DNA of 64,000 nt, taken from the NCBI GenBank assembly GCA_004431415.1, contig QPMI01000056.1:1-64000 (forward strand), written 5' to 3'. The notes below the pieces were generated by a model. It worked only from the letters and a program-made list of their open reading frames with translations. It had not been told where the DNA came from and searched no databases. Positions 48,307-61,686 of this stretch are shown in pieces; the stretch's first letter is position 1, and each line of letters opens with the position of its first letter. The DNA is from Cyanophora paradoxa CCMP329. Its lineage: Eukaryota; Plantae; Glaucophyta. Both the position numbers and the translations under genes were made by a program.

Positions 48307-50683
48307 ATGGCCAAGCGAGCAGCGAAGCGCGCCCGCGCGGGGGATCCGGAGCCCTCAAGCTCAGCGCTAGCGGGCTCGTCTAACGCACCAGGCCCTTCGT
48401 CGGCAGCGGCAGCGGAGGTGAGCGGCAGCTGCAGCGGCGGCGAGGGCAGCGCGGGAACCAACCACTTCGAGCGGCTGCCCGACGAGCTCGTGCAGCGCAT
48501 CTTTAGCGAGCTGGAAACGACCGAGGCGTACGAGGAGTGCCGGCTGTGGGCGGTGGATCGGCGGTTCCGCCAGCTCGTGCGCGGCGTGCACTGGCGGCAG
48601 CTGCGGGTCGAGCCATTGCCAGCGACGGCAGGCGGCCCACTCGTGCGAATGGAAGAGTACAGAAAGCGGCTGGATCGGATCACGGCGCGCGTTCGCAGCG
48701 GCGCGCTGGCGGGCTGTCTGCGCCTCGAAGTGGGCCCGGCGTGCGTCGTCCGGAGTCGTCGAGGCGCCGGAGGCTGCAAAGGGGACATCGAGGCAAGCAT
48801 CAAGGCCGCTGCAGCCATTACGGGTGTGCCTGCGCCCTCGTTCGCACCGGCGCCAGCGCAGCGCAGCGCGCCCCCGAGCCATGCTGGGCCCGGCCCGCAG
48901 CTGATGCTGCGCCCTCGGCGCGCGCGCTCTTTTCGCAGAGATGCTGGCGGCCCTGTCGACCGCGCCCGCCCCGCTGGAACACGTGCGCTTCACGTCGCCG
49001 AGAGGGACGGGGTGGGACTACTGGCCCGAGGACGAGCTGCAGCGCGAGCTCGGCATCGCGGCCCCGCAGCCCCTCGAGACGGCCGCGAGCGCCTTCCTGA
49101 CGGCCCTGCACCCGGCGCCCCTCCAGGCGCTGTGGCTGCAGGACGAGTCGATCTCGTCGGCGGTCATCGCGGCCGCAGCCCCCGGCTGTCTCCCGCGTCT
49201 CCAGGAGCTCAACATCCAGTCTTACTCCGACGATTCGATTTGTGCCGAAGAGATGGTGCGCTTCCTCTTCCCCCCCCGGCCGACGCCGATCTCTGCCCTC
49301 AGCTTACATACATTTCATGTGCGTACGTACGCAGGCGAAGCTGGCCCGGATCTGGCCCGGCGTCAAGAGGGTCCACTGCCACCTTGCCGACGGGACGGCC
49401 CTCAAGGAGCTCTCGAAGCTGAAGCTGGAGGAGCTCAGCGCCGTCGTCGAGTCGCCGGAGGGCCTGGACGAGGCGCTCGAGGCCTTCGATCCCGGCTGCG
49501 TGACGGAACTGGCCCTGCCCCCCTCCTCCGTCGGCCCCCGCGGCCTCGCCGCCATCCTCCGCCTTCGCAACCTGAATGGGCTCGCGTGCACGGTCAGTTC
49601 GACCCGCGCACACTTCCAACGTTAACCCCTCTGCTCTGCTCTAGATCTCTGCTCTTCTTCTCCCCCGCCTCTGCCCTCTAGATCTTCTCCTCCGCCTCTG
49701 CTCTGATCATGACACTCTAGATCTAGATCTTAGATATGACTCTAGCTCTAGAGCTTGCTCCTTCTCTCCTAGATCTGCTCTGACTCTCGATCTTCGGCAG
49801 GTCGGAGACGACACCGGCGACGCCCTCGCGGGCCTTGGAGCCCTCGCGAAGCTGCGCTGGCTCGACCTCTCCCTGACCGTGCGTGCGCCCATACGTATAA
49901 GTACAAGTATAAGTAAACGTATAAGGATATCGATGTATATATATAAGTATAGTATAAACGTTGAAGTATAAGTATATATATACGTACAGGGGGCACCCTG
50001 TGCGCCCCTACACGCCCTCATAGTATCTCGCCTCGAGCTCCGGATCCGTATAAGTATGCATCCGCCTCGCACGCTCCGCCTCCAGCCGACTCAGCTGACT
50101 TCGTTCGCGTGAACAGTTCTCCGACGCCTCCGACGGAGGCTTGAGCTCCCTCCTGCTCAAGGCGGCGACGGCGGGGCTGGCGGCCGCGGCGCAGCTCAAG
50201 CTGAGGGCGCTCTCCCTTGAGGTGGACTACAGCGCGGACCCCGCCAGCCTCGTCTCCCTCGTCCGAGCCTCCCGTCCATGCCTGAACCAGCTGAATATAA
50301 GCTGCGGGCCGCCATCAGCGGAGCTGCTTCAGGTCGGCTCCCGCATGCGAAGTGTTTATCCCAACGGCGAAGCTTAAGCTGCTGCGTCTGACAGCCCTCG
50401 CTTGCGCTCGCGATCGCAGGAAGTCGTGCAGTCTCCGAGGCTGAATTGGGCGGCCGTCGACCACAAGCTGGAGAGCAGCGACGGCCTCGACAGGCTGAGC
50501 CCCCTCTGCGAGCTGCTGCGCGCCCCCATAGCCATGCACACGTTTTTCGTCTGCATCCGCCTCCCCGATACTCTCTACGAACAGGCGTGCGCGATTATCC
50601 GCGGCTGGTTTAAAGGAAAGAGAGTGCCCATCTCTTTTAAAGTAAACGATTTTTTTGTGACCGACAAAGGCATCGACTATTGA
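48307..50683 (+). CDS. F-box protein with LRR-like C-terminal region (apparently intact family member)
   Basis: ATG 48307; HFERLPDELVQRIFSELETTEAYEECRLWAVDRRFRQLVRGVHW (F-box); Leu-rich repeats (LPRLQELNI, LAKLRWLDLSL, LRALSLEV); TGA 50681-50683. Confidence 0.85.
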
Positions 50684-50790
50684 TTTTTCTCAGAGTCTTT
50701 TAGTCAGTCAATTACTGTATTTTCACTAGTTTCTTCCATCAGATTGTTTTTTGTGAATCGAAAACCGCTAAACCTTCGATCCACTTTTTA

Positions 50791-52919
50791 GAGTGCCTCT
50801 GTGCCCAGCGTACCCCTTTTTCGCAGCGTCCCGCGTCCTCGCCCTGTCCAACACGGGTACCCTTGCCCCGCTCGGCCTCGTCGCCCGCCTCTCCTCCGTG
50901 CGCCCGTACCCCCACTCCCGCCTCCTCCCCCCCTCCCCCACCCCGCCCTAACCGCGTACCCCCAGAGCCTCGCGTCGACGCTGCAGCTCGGCGTGGCGCC
51001 CCAGTCCCTCACCCTCGGCGACGGCCAGGCGCAGAACGTCACCGTTTCGTTCGCGGGCACCGGCGACAGCCTCCTTCGCAACGGCACTCTGGTACCCCCG
51101 CTCTGCCCTCCCGCCATCCCCGCTGTACTGAGAATCCTGTACCCCAGGACGCGGAGTTCCCCGGCGACGGGATTTCCCCCGCCGTCGTCCGCTCGTTCCC
51201 CGTCTCTGTCCGCGTCCGGGGTATGCGCTCTTGCCTGAGCGACCTCCCCCCCCCCCCACGCCACGGCTAACGCGTACCCCCCAGGCGCCGAGTTCTTCCC
51301 CGCCTCCCTCTTCTTCAACGTGACGATGAACACGCGGACGAACGGCGCCCCGCAGGGTCCGGAGGCGCCGTACCCTCCGAGCACCGCGTACCCCTCACTT
51401 CCGCCGCAGTTACGAACAGGCAGCGGACGCGACCGCTCAAGTTCAGCCTCGGCTCGTCGGTCTGCTGGATCAGGGGCCTCAACGTCACCAATCAGACCAT
51501 CGCGGTACCCCCCTGTCCCCTTCTCCCCGCCCTCGCACTATCTTCCCGGTTCTCTTTCGACCGTACCCCCGCAGCCCGGGGCCACGGCGACGGTATCGTT
51601 CGTGGTGGACAACTTCTGCCTGGGGCCGGGTACCCCCCTCCCTCGCCGCACCCCCTCGTCCCCCCCTAACGCGCCCCCCCAGGCCCCGTGCAGGTCTCCA
51701 CGGTCATCCTCGTCACGACGGACGCTGAGGGCAGCGCTAGCGTACCCCTCCCTGCCACCATCTCCGTCGCCGGTGCGGCCGTACCCCCCCAGAGCGAGGT
51801 CGAAGGCCCGTGCCGAGTGGGGCTCCGCAGACGGGCGGCCGCCCATCGCCTCGGCGACGGTCGAGGGCGCCAGCGTGTACTACGCCACCGCGCCCCTCCG
51901 GGGCCTCCGCCTGCTCGGTGCGCGTACCCCCGGCGGGCCCCTCTCTTTCGCCGAGGCGCGTCGCAGGCGCCGCGTCGCAGGGCGTCGACGCGCCCATCGT
52001 CTCGTACCGCTGGAGCCAAGTCAACGTGCGCCTAGGCTCGGGCCTCTGATCCGCGCCGCGCCTCTGACGCGCGGCAGGTCTTCCTCACGCCCGTCGTCGA
52101 CCTGTTCAACACGACGATGCCAACCGCCCGCATCGGCCTCCTATCCGACTCGGGTACGCCATTCCTCCCGGCCCTCGACCGCTTGTTCCGAGCGTGGGCC
52201 GCGCAGGGTACTACCAGTTCCAGCTGGCTGTGGTCGACGCCCTCAACAAGACGTCCTCCCAAATCGCCGTCTGCGTCGTATTAATCCTGGGTACGCCCTC
52301 CGACTCCCGTCTTCCTGTACCCCCTGATTCCTCCCCCAGTCGTGCAGGCGAACCTTCGCCTGAACAACGACTTCGCGCCCTTCGACGTCAGCTACCGGAC
52401 GAACGAGGGCTTCCGTGCCAACTTCATCTCCCGCGTACCCCTCCCCCACCCTCCCGCGCGCCGTACCCCTCTCCGATTCTCGCCCCCTCCCCGCAGCTCT
52501 CCCTGGTGCTGCGCGTCGCCCGCAACGCGCTGGTGAACGTTCTCCTCTCCCCCGGCTCCGTCGACGTCCAGGTGCCGGGTCGATTCCGCCCGGGGCCCTT
52601 TTCCGTCCCTTACGCCTTCTCCGCAGATGTACGTCGTTCCTGGGCCCAGCGACACGCCCAGCAGCATTGCGAGCCGGATGGGCGCCCTGACTCAACCCGA
52701 GGCGAGCGAGGCCCCGCCCCGTCCCGTCAGCCCCCACGGGCCGCTGAGCCGCTGCCGGCTCGCAGATCGAGACCGGCCTGGGGTACCGGTTCATCATCCA
52801 GAACAAAGGCTTCACATCGATTCGCATCACGAACGTTTCCGGTGCGGAGCGGCGCGGCTCCCCGGATCCCTTCCGCGCCTCTGAAGGGCGTACCTCTCCC
52901 GGCAGGCCCGAACGTTTAA
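50791..52919 (+). CDS. 5'-truncated gene for a beta-sandwich (Ig/PKD-like) repeat surface protein
   Basis: Short exons such as QSLTLGDGQAQNVTVSF, QTIA|PGATATVSFVVD, PIVSYRWSQV and GYYQFQLAVVDALN (PKD-like); TAA 52917-52919. It begins inside intron-like sequence with no start codon. Confidence 0.6.
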
Positions 52920-53063
52920 AGACATAAAAAACCTGGCGCCGGCCTCATCCCTGCCAGGCTGCTTTAAATGCTTCAGCTTTATTAAAGATTTCGTTTTTGT
53001 TGCTCTAGATTTAAATATACACAGCTGCAGCTTGCCCGGCCCAGCTCCAAGTTAAAACACGGC

Positions 53064-53905
53064 TCAGCGGCTGTTGTATTTACAGAATACAGCCTCGGAC
53101 GAGCATTGCAGTTCAACGGTTGCAATTGCAACGTTAGCGTTGACACGGATAGAGGAGCGGATGCACTCGCAGTTGGGCGATATTAATCGCTTGTGGTCGC
53201 GACCGCGGCGCGTGGGCCCTGAGTGACATTTAGCGCCCGGGGTCATAGCCGAGGACCCGGCCAGCGTTGAAGACTGCGCAGGCATCATTCGGCGTCCCGC
53301 AGCCGCTCAGTGTAAGGAAGCTGTTGCCGGGGCCCGGGCGGGTGATAAGGCAGCAGTCTGCGCCAGAATCAAACAATCAAACAAATCACATGTACAATCT
53401 GCGCCAAATGCATTCGCACAGGCTTCGCGCGGGCAGCAGGTGCGACCGTTTGCGGCCACCCAGGGGCAGCATCTGTAGTCCGGGCCTGCACGTGCGAAAT
53501 TCCTTTCAATACAGCGAATGGATCCATCTCGATTGTAAGCGCTATATCACAGCTAGCGCTGTTCAAAAGTAGCCAATTTGTAAGCTTATAAATATGTAAT
53601 TTAATTAGGACGCTACGGCGCGCGGGCACGCGCATGCGGAGCGCATGCGCGAAGGCTGGGATTTTGGTGCGCACTGCCAGGTCCTCCACCTGGCGATCGC
53701 AAAGCCCGAATCAAGTAAGAGCGTTCGCGCGCGCTTCGATTAATTTAAAATTGACGCGGAGCTCGAAAACGAGGAGAAACTTGGACGCACAGTCGTCGTC
53801 CGAGTTGCAGGCCTGGCCCTGCCCTACCGTCGGGGCGGCGCAGGCGGCGAACGCGAGGGCGAGGGCCACGGCGACGAGGAGGGCGTTCTTGGCGAAGGCG
53901 TTCAT
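53064..53905 (-). CDS. Small secreted cysteine-rich protein (3' end uncertain: 53229 or 53064)
   Basis: Signal peptide MNAFAKNALLVAVALALAFAACAA; spliced mature part QACNSDDDC…YRCCPW…TCCPREAYCC…GCG…AC. Confidence 0.65.
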
Positions 53906-54397
53906 TTTGCAGGCGATCGTGTGCTGCGCATGCGCATGCCCGGGAATCGGGCGATCATGAGAAAGGTCGAATTTGAGCTCGCAAGGGCGGGAAACTTCGA
54001 TCGCGCAAAATTCGCGCCTGGCGCATGGCGAATTAATTCGATCAATATCGATATCGCGATTTCGGCTCTCGAAGAAAAGCTCTAATTTCGGCTGGCGCCC
54101 TCGAAGTTCGTAGAGAGATCTAAGAGATCTGGAGCGTATTGCGTACGCTTGCACGCGTACGGCGCGCGCGCGTGACGTGCTAGCTAGGCATAGGGCGCGG
54201 AGCGAATTAAGTTCGAAGTTCGAAGAGCGCCGTATACGTACGCGCACGCGCGTCGGGTCTTCTTCGATCCTTCTGCGGATCCGGAATTGGGGCGAACCTT
54301 TCGGAAGAATGAAGAATACTGCAGAATGAAGAAGACCTAGAGGAATTATGAAGGGGAATTCGAAGAGGATCTACCAATTAGGGGGGGGGCGCGCATG

Positions 54398-54420
54398 CAT
54401 ATATATATATATATATATAT
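54398..54420. repeat. (AT)n microsatellite
   Basis: Directly visible. Confidence 0.9.
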
Positions 54421-54550
54421 GTGGGGCTGGTGGTAGCTGCGCTGGATCGAGGATCGACTCTATAGCTGTACCATGGTGTTACCAAATTAAATAATACGAG
54501 CTCGAGGGATTATACCAAATTAACAAAGTGAGGCCAGGGGGTGTGGCATG

Positions 54551-57500
54551 CTCCCGGCCCTAGTCGTGGAACCCCTCCCCCCGACGCCTTTGAGTTGATC
54601 CGAGCTCGTTATGGCCTTTTCGATGCCGGGCCTCACACTAGAGCGTGCTTTAAAACCTGGAGCCGGCCGCGGCCGGCGGGCGGGACGATTGAGTCCCGGC
54701 TCGATTATTTTTTCCTCTCGTCCTCCCTCCGCGATTGGGCCGTCTCGCTTCGGCCGTGGACGGCTTACTCTGCAGTCGGCGAGCCACGCAATTCTGATCA
54801 TATAGGCATCTATCTCACACTTAAAGCCCCCGGAATCTCTCGCCGTGGCCCCGGTCGCTGGCGCATGAACTGGGCGGCGTATGGCACATGCCCGGAATAT
54901 TCTGGTTTCATTTCTACTATAATTCGTGACTGGCGCGCCGCGTGGCCATTAGTTACAGATCGCGTCCGTCGGTGGGACGCCCTCAAATCCGAGCTCCAGC
55001 GTCGTGTTCGGGCCTGGGAGCTTGATGAGAAGCGCAGGCGGAAGGACGCTTACATCTCCGCTGTTCGAGCTCTCGAGGCTCTCATCCGTCGCCACGCCGC
55101 TGGCTCTATTGATGATGTCGCTTTCCGTACACTGCGCACTTCTATGATGCGCAGCTTGAATTCGCTTGTGTCTGACTATGCCAGACAGCATTCACGCAAA
55201 GAAATTCGTTTTGCCGCAACTCAAGATGGACGGTCTAGTAAAGCTTTTTTTGAGCATTATTTACCGGATTCTCATGCTCAGTTCACGGAGGGGCTTCGGG
55301 CCCTCGACACCGAAGGCCCAGAGGCCGCGTCGGACGACCCCCGCACTTTGCTCGAGCTTTCTTCCGCCTATTACGCTCAACTATATGACGGCGCTGCAGC
55401 TCAGGCCGTGGTTGATCGGTCGCTAGCTGAGCGGTCTGGCGTTGCCTCTCTCTATTCCCCTCACCGCCTGCTCCCTACTGAGTCTGCTGATCTTGACTCT
55501 GACTTATCGTCTGGAGAACTATTTCGTGCTTTTAAGGAGATGTCTGGCGGAGCCAAGTCTCCTGGCATCGATGGTCTCCCTGCTGAATTCTACGTTCACT
55601 TTTTGATGAGATTGGCCCCGATTTCTGTGCTTACATCGCTGCTATGTATGAGTCTGGGCAGCCGTCCGAGTCTTTGCGGCACGTCCTCATTACTCCTATT
55701 ACTAAACCGGCAACGGACCCTACTTTGATTGCAAATCGCCGCCCAATTTCTCTCTCTAATGTCGAAGAGCGTGCAGTCGAGCGCGCCCTCTCCAACCGCT
55801 TAACGCCACTCATGTCTGGTCTTGTATCCGCTTTCAGTCTGGCTTTATTCATCGTCGGTCCGCAGTGCACCAGGTTATGCTTGTTTATCTTCTCATGCAT
55901 TACGAGGGCGGTAATCCTGCACTCGAACAGCTGTGCTTCGGATTTCTTGATTTTTCAAAAGCCTATGACCGCGTTAACTGGAGCTTCCTTTTCTGGTCGC
56001 TCGAACAGTTCGGTTTCGGTCCCAATTTATCAAGTGGGTCCGCCTGCTCTACTCTGATCTGCAGGGTTCTGTTCACATTAACGGCTGGACCTCCGCCCCT
56101 TTCCCCATTCGATGCGGTGTACGTCAGGGTGGCCCCCTTTCGCCCTATCTATATAATTTGTGCACACACCTTTTAGCCCTTTTGATTAATGCTGATGCTC
56201 GTATACGAGGTGTCCGCTTGTCCTCTAGCTCTCTTTGCAAGGTGCTCCAGTTTGCAGACGACACTGTTCCTTTAATCTCGTCTTTTACCGAATTGCCTTT
56301 CTGGAAAGAGTGCTTTGATAAATACTGCCGGCTCTCTGGAGCTCTTATTAATCTCGAGAAATCTAGCCTTCTTCCACTCCGCGATATCCCGCACATGCCT
56401 GGCCTAGCGTCGAGGACTGCCCTGGCGGCGTCTTCAGGTGACGGATCTCCCTCCCGCTGAAAAAATTCGAAAATACCTGGGCTTTCCACTAGAGCCCGAT
56501 CTGTCTCGGTTCTGGCGGAAAAAGAACGCTGCTCTTGATATCCGTGTCCAGCAAGCGAAGACTTATCGCATGCCGATGCGTTCCGGCGTTCTCCTTGCCT
56601 GGGCTGTATTTATTGGGTCCCTACATTATGCTCTATATTTGCTTGACCCCCTGATGCTCAGTATTCGACATGGCAAGAGAAGCTTCGCGCTTTTGCTGGC
56701 GTGAGCGGGCAGCTTTCGAAGTATATTTCTCCTCTGCCGTGGCGTCAAGGTGGTCTCAACTGCCCGGATATTCGAGCTTTTTCGTTATCGCTGAAAATGA
56801 AGTGGGTGGCCTTGCTCGCTGACCCCTCTTGTTCGGCTCCTTGGAAGGAGTACCTCTTGAGCAAACTGGACGCTCAGCTGGCACCTTTTTCCTATGGCCC
56901 CGCCCTTGTCTCGCTCCGCCTCCCACTTGACAGACTTGACTTGCCTCCTATTTGGAAGCAGACTCTCTCCGAGTGGGCTCAGCGCCAGGGCGTGTGTCAA
57001 CCTCGTAACTCTCCCGAAGTGTTATCCCAACCTCTTTTCTTCAATCCTCTGTTCAGTACTCCCGGCGACGAGGTCGACTGGAGTCGCTGTGCACGGTCCG
57101 GCTTGCTGCGGGTCTGCGATATCTGGGATTGTGCTGCCCGGGGTTCCGGGCTCCAGCAGCTGCCTCCTCCGCCCTCCACTCCTTTTTCCCTAGTCTGTGC
57201 TCTGCGCTCCCGGCTACTTGGCGCCAGGTTCTCGAGGCCCTGCACCGCCGCCTCAGCATCTCTGGTGGTCCGGACCGGACGCCTCGTTTGCTCTCCTTCG
57301 AGGCCCAAGTGGTACTTTTGTTGCCTTCCCGTTCGCGATAACCAGATAATTCCACGGGTGCTGGACTACGTACCGCGCGTTCCTTGCCGCCCTGCGGCTT
57401 CCCACCCTGTGGGCCTATCCTCGAGCTCCAATTCAATTCTGTCCCGTTTGCTCCCGCTGCATGTTTGCTTCAGCGCTGTCTTCCTCTCTTTTCGTCGCGG

Positions 57501-58100
57501 GACCCTGCCTGGCCTTTTTGTTCTTGGCGCAGGTCCTTCGGCCTTTCTTTCTCTTGATAATCTTGCGTTCACTTTCGCTCGTATGCTCCCTCTCCGCCTC
57601 TCCTCTGTTCGTCGCTTCTACTGCCTTGAGGTCCAGCGGCTTCGCGATGTGTCTAGCCACGCTCAGATGCCCGATGCTAAGTGGGGGTTTCCCGGCGCCT
57701 TGTCTCCGTCCCGTCTTCCTAATCTTGTCGTCCTTCAGTGTTTCCCGATGCTTTGGATCGATGCTCTTTACCGTTTGCATTTCAAATTGTATCGTTTGGG
57801 CGAGCAACAGTCGCCCCGCCGTCGTTTCTGTCGGGTTTGTAATGACGGATCTGCTCGCTCTCACGCGCACGTTTTCTCTGAGTGCCCGCTTTCTCGTTCG
57901 TTCTGGGATTTCATTCGTGAGCGCCTGAATTTCTGGGCTTCTACTCTTCCACCGGATGAGCGTGAAGAGGTCGCAGTGCCTGACCTCTCTCTCTTCCACA
58001 TCCTCTCGGTTCCGGATTTATCTGGACCCATTTTGCGCAGTAAAGTTAACCCGCCTTCTGCCTTCGCTCACTTGGAGCGATCCTTGCTGGCGTATTTTCC
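54551..58100 (+). pseudogene. LINE ORF2 (C-terminal half of AP endonuclease, reverse transcriptase, zinc knuckle), frameshifted
   Basis: SRLDYFF…SDH (APE); KSPGIDGLPAEFY; RPISLSN; LDFSKAYDRVNWSFL; GVRQG…PLSP; QFADD; KYLG; QGGL; CRVC…HVFSECP. Confidence 0.9.
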
Positions 58101-60478
58101 ATCCAACAGGTTGCTCGCGCTCGGTGCGATCTTGAGGAGGCTGACATTGATGCACCTTCTTACAACCGCGCCGCGCTTGTTGCCGCCTGGGACAGAAATA
58201 TGTCGTACCTCGAGTTCACCCTTCCGCAGGCTTCGGCCTTGTTGGAGGAGCGGCGCGCTCGCTTGGCTGCTGCTGACGCTGATGATCAGGCTGCCTCGGA
58301 TGATGACGCACATGATTCAGAGTCTGGTACCGGTTCTCATCGTTCTAGTTCAAGCTCTGATTCTGACTCGTCCGGCGCTCCTTCTTCGGGCGGTGCTGAC
58401 AACCTCGTCTCTTCGCGTGACATCGATTCTGTCCTCCGGAATCCTGCGGAGTTTGCCGTTCGTGGGAATGTCCCGTTGGGGATCCCTGGTGGTCGCCCGC
58501 CTCCTGCGCCGTCCCCTCCTGCTCTGGCCCCTGTAGTGACCCTTGGGCCATTCCTATTCCTGCTCTCGCTGCCCTCTCGACGCTCCTTTCCCCCATTCCT
58601 GCGGTCCCGATCCCTGTGCTCCTTGGCCCTCTGGCCCCGCCTCTGCCTCCTCCCTCCTTACAACTTGCTGTCACGGGGCCTCTTCACTTGCCTGTTCCCC
58701 GGCAGGTCCTGGTCATCTTGCAGCTCCATACCCCTTCTTACCTCTTCCCTTGCTCCTCCACTTCCGCCCTGCGAGGCCCTCTTCTGACGTCCTCCTGGTT
58801 CAGCCCCTCTTCAGCCCATCCTTCTTGCCCCGCTTCTGCAACTGTGACGCTGGGCGGCACTATCTTTTTGCATGCCCTCCCGCCTCTACGTCCCCGGTCT
58901 CTTTGCATCTGCATCCACTTTCCCGGATCCGCTTGCAGGCCCCTCGCCTCCAGAGCTCGCCATCACTTCGGCCTCCCTCGCCTCCGCTCTCGATTCTCCA
59001 TACCTTCGAATAGCCGCCTTCTCTCTCCTCCTCCGCCCTCCCTCCCCCTCGAGCTCCGGGTCCTCGGCCTCTGCCCGCTTCCGAGTGTTGGCGAGACTGT
59101 CCTCTTTTCGGTCTCCCGTCATTCCGGCTCCCTGCTCCCCTTCGGCGCCTCGGGTCCCATATGCGGGTCCTATCCCGCTTCCTGGCGCTCGTGAGATTCG
59201 CCGCCGGCGCCCTCGTCGGCCCTTGCGCCCTCGAGCTCGTCTCTCTCTGCGCCGCCCATGGCCATGACCTCCGTGTCATCTGATCCGGCGCCACCCGACC
59301 TTTCTCCAGCTTCGCTGCCTCTCTTCGGCGCCGGCAGCGATCCCCGTCACCTGCTCGCGGCCCTTCCCCTGCCTCCGACCTTCCTCGGCCCCTCCTCGCC
59401 TAGGCCTCTTCCGTCTCGTCGGCCCCGCCGCATTCCCGTCGGCGGATCTCTCGATCGACCCTGGACTCTCCGCCTGCACTGTCTGCGGGGTACCTCCGCC
59501 GCCGTGTTCGGCGCCGGCTGTCAGTACTTTGCTCGGTAGCTCCCCGTCGTGGCTCCTCGGGGCCTCTTCGTCGTCGTCGTTCGCTGGGTTCCGGCTCCGG
59601 GTCAGATTTCTCGCCGGGCTTACCTTCTCCTGGCTCTGCTCCTGGGCCCTCAGCTCCGGGACCGGCTTCCCCGATCTCCTCCGGACTCGTGGTCGTACCG
59701 TCGCCGGCTTGCCGAGCCTGCGGCTCCTTCTACTTCCCCCGGCGGTTTGCCGGGCCGGACCCTCCGGCCTTTGTTCTTGATACCGGACTGCCGCCTTTGC
59801 CTTCGTCTTCTGCTTCGCTGGTCGCGATCGTATCCCGCCGGCGCCGGCGTACTTCTTCGTCTTCTAGTTTAGTTCGGTCTGGTTCGGATTCTGATCGTAG
59901 TGTTGATGCTAGAGTTAGTTTCAATACTAGCTATAGTCCTCGTGCTCGACCTGTTGTTCGCCGTCGTTTGCAGTTCGATTGCCCGCCTCGACCCTGGCCG
60001 GCTTTAGTGATTCCTTTGACTGTCCTTTTGCCTGCTCTTGATCCGCCTGCTCCGCCTCCTGTGTCCTCCTCGACCTCGTGCCGTAGCTCTGCCTTTCGCA
60101 TCGTCCTGCTTCGCCTCCGCCTCCATGTCGTCTTGTTGTTCCTCTTACTTGTCTTCTTCCTGTTATTTATCTTTCTCAATTTTGTCCCCGCTTCTTAGTG
60201 ATGTAATTCCTTCTGATATTGATGGTATCTCTAGCTCTGGCTCTTCTTCGTGTCAGTTATCCTCTGTCCCTAGATCTGCTCGATTTATCGTCTCTTCTCG
60301 CTATCGATCTGTCTCGAGCTCTGTGTCTTTCCTTTTTTATTGTCGATTTTGGCTCTTTGTCTTATCTTTCTTCGTGCTCTTGTCTTAGTTATTTTGCTTT
60401 TTTGTCTTTATGCCCCCTGGGCAGCCCCCGCAGTGCTGGTGTCTAGAGACTGTGGCCGGTAATTCACCAAAAAAAAAA
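54551..60478 (+). mobile_element. 5'-truncated non-LTR retrotransposon (L1/Tx1-like LINE)
   Basis: Intronless APE-RT-CCHC coding region; poly(A) ending 60478; 8-bp TSD GTGGCATG at 54543-54550 and 60479-60486. Confidence 0.92.
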
Positions 60479-61686
60479 GTGGCATGGGGCGAGTGGGGGC
60501 GCGGACGCACACGTACGCGTCGACCCCCCCGGCCCGCCCGCGGCCAGGCCGCAACCGGGCCCGGCCTCCGGGCGGGCTGCTCTCTCTTAATATGATATAA
60601 TGATTCGCCGATCATCGGATGCGCGTTGCAGGCGTGTGCCGCGCGCGTGGAAAGCGCTGCCCGCGCCGCGCCTCTGACGCGCGCCGGCGGCGCGCGCGGC
60701 GCCGGCAGGTCCAGATCTAGATTTTCGACCTGTTCACGGAAGGTCCGACGGTCGAGCTCACACCCGGGACACGCACGCGTACACGTGCAAAATCGAAATC
60801 GATTTAATTTCGAACAGCTGCAGCCACGGCCACCGGGCCGGGCAGCTGCAGGTCAGCGCTATGGCTAGCCTATTTCAGTACTTCAGGCTAGCGCTACTAC
60901 TGCTGCGCTACTGCTAGCGCTAGCGCTAGCGCTAGCGCTGCCGCAGTGCCACGGTGCAGGGGCGGCCGATCGCGAGGCGCGCGCCGCGCCGCGGCCGCGC
61001 GCGCGCGCGCGGCCAGCCTGGCAGCGCTAGCCGCTGAGTTGCGCCGTGACGGGAAATAGCCTATATATAGGCTACTTGCATCTGGCGCGGCCGACATCCG
61101 ACAGTCAGTGGTCCGTCACTCGGTTTGGCGGCGAATCGCGCCGGCGATAATCATTGAATGGCGCATTATATGCCGCGCATAGCGCTGCAGCCCTTGGCCT
61201 GGTGCCGGCCGCGGGCACTGCTGCCAGGCTGGCCACTGTGGCCAGTCACTGTCACTCACTGAGTGCTGGGGCAGCTGGGCACTGGCAGTGGGCACTGGGC
61301 AGTGCTGGCCCTCGATGCATATGCATATCCATATGATGGAATTCGAAGAGCCTCGGAGGGGGAGAGCGGGGGCGGGGGTACAGCCAAGCTGGAGCGAGCT
61401 CGCGAGCTCGGGGAACAGAGACTGTGGAAGGCGAGGACCGCAGTCCTAGGCCTTGTCGAGCTCATCCCCGTACAAGATCGGCGCAAGCAGCTGCAGCGAC
61501 CGGCTTGCAGCCTCTCACTCGGTCCCTTCAGCGTGCTACTTGCACGCGGCCGCGGGCCGGGCGGTGAGCAGCGGCACCGCGTCCTCGTGAAGCGTTCCGC
61601 GCTTGGAGGCGCAAAAAACGCTCAATACGCGTTTTCCGTCGCCTGCTCACGACCGGCGGCATCTGCTGCAGAAAGCGGCCGCGGCA

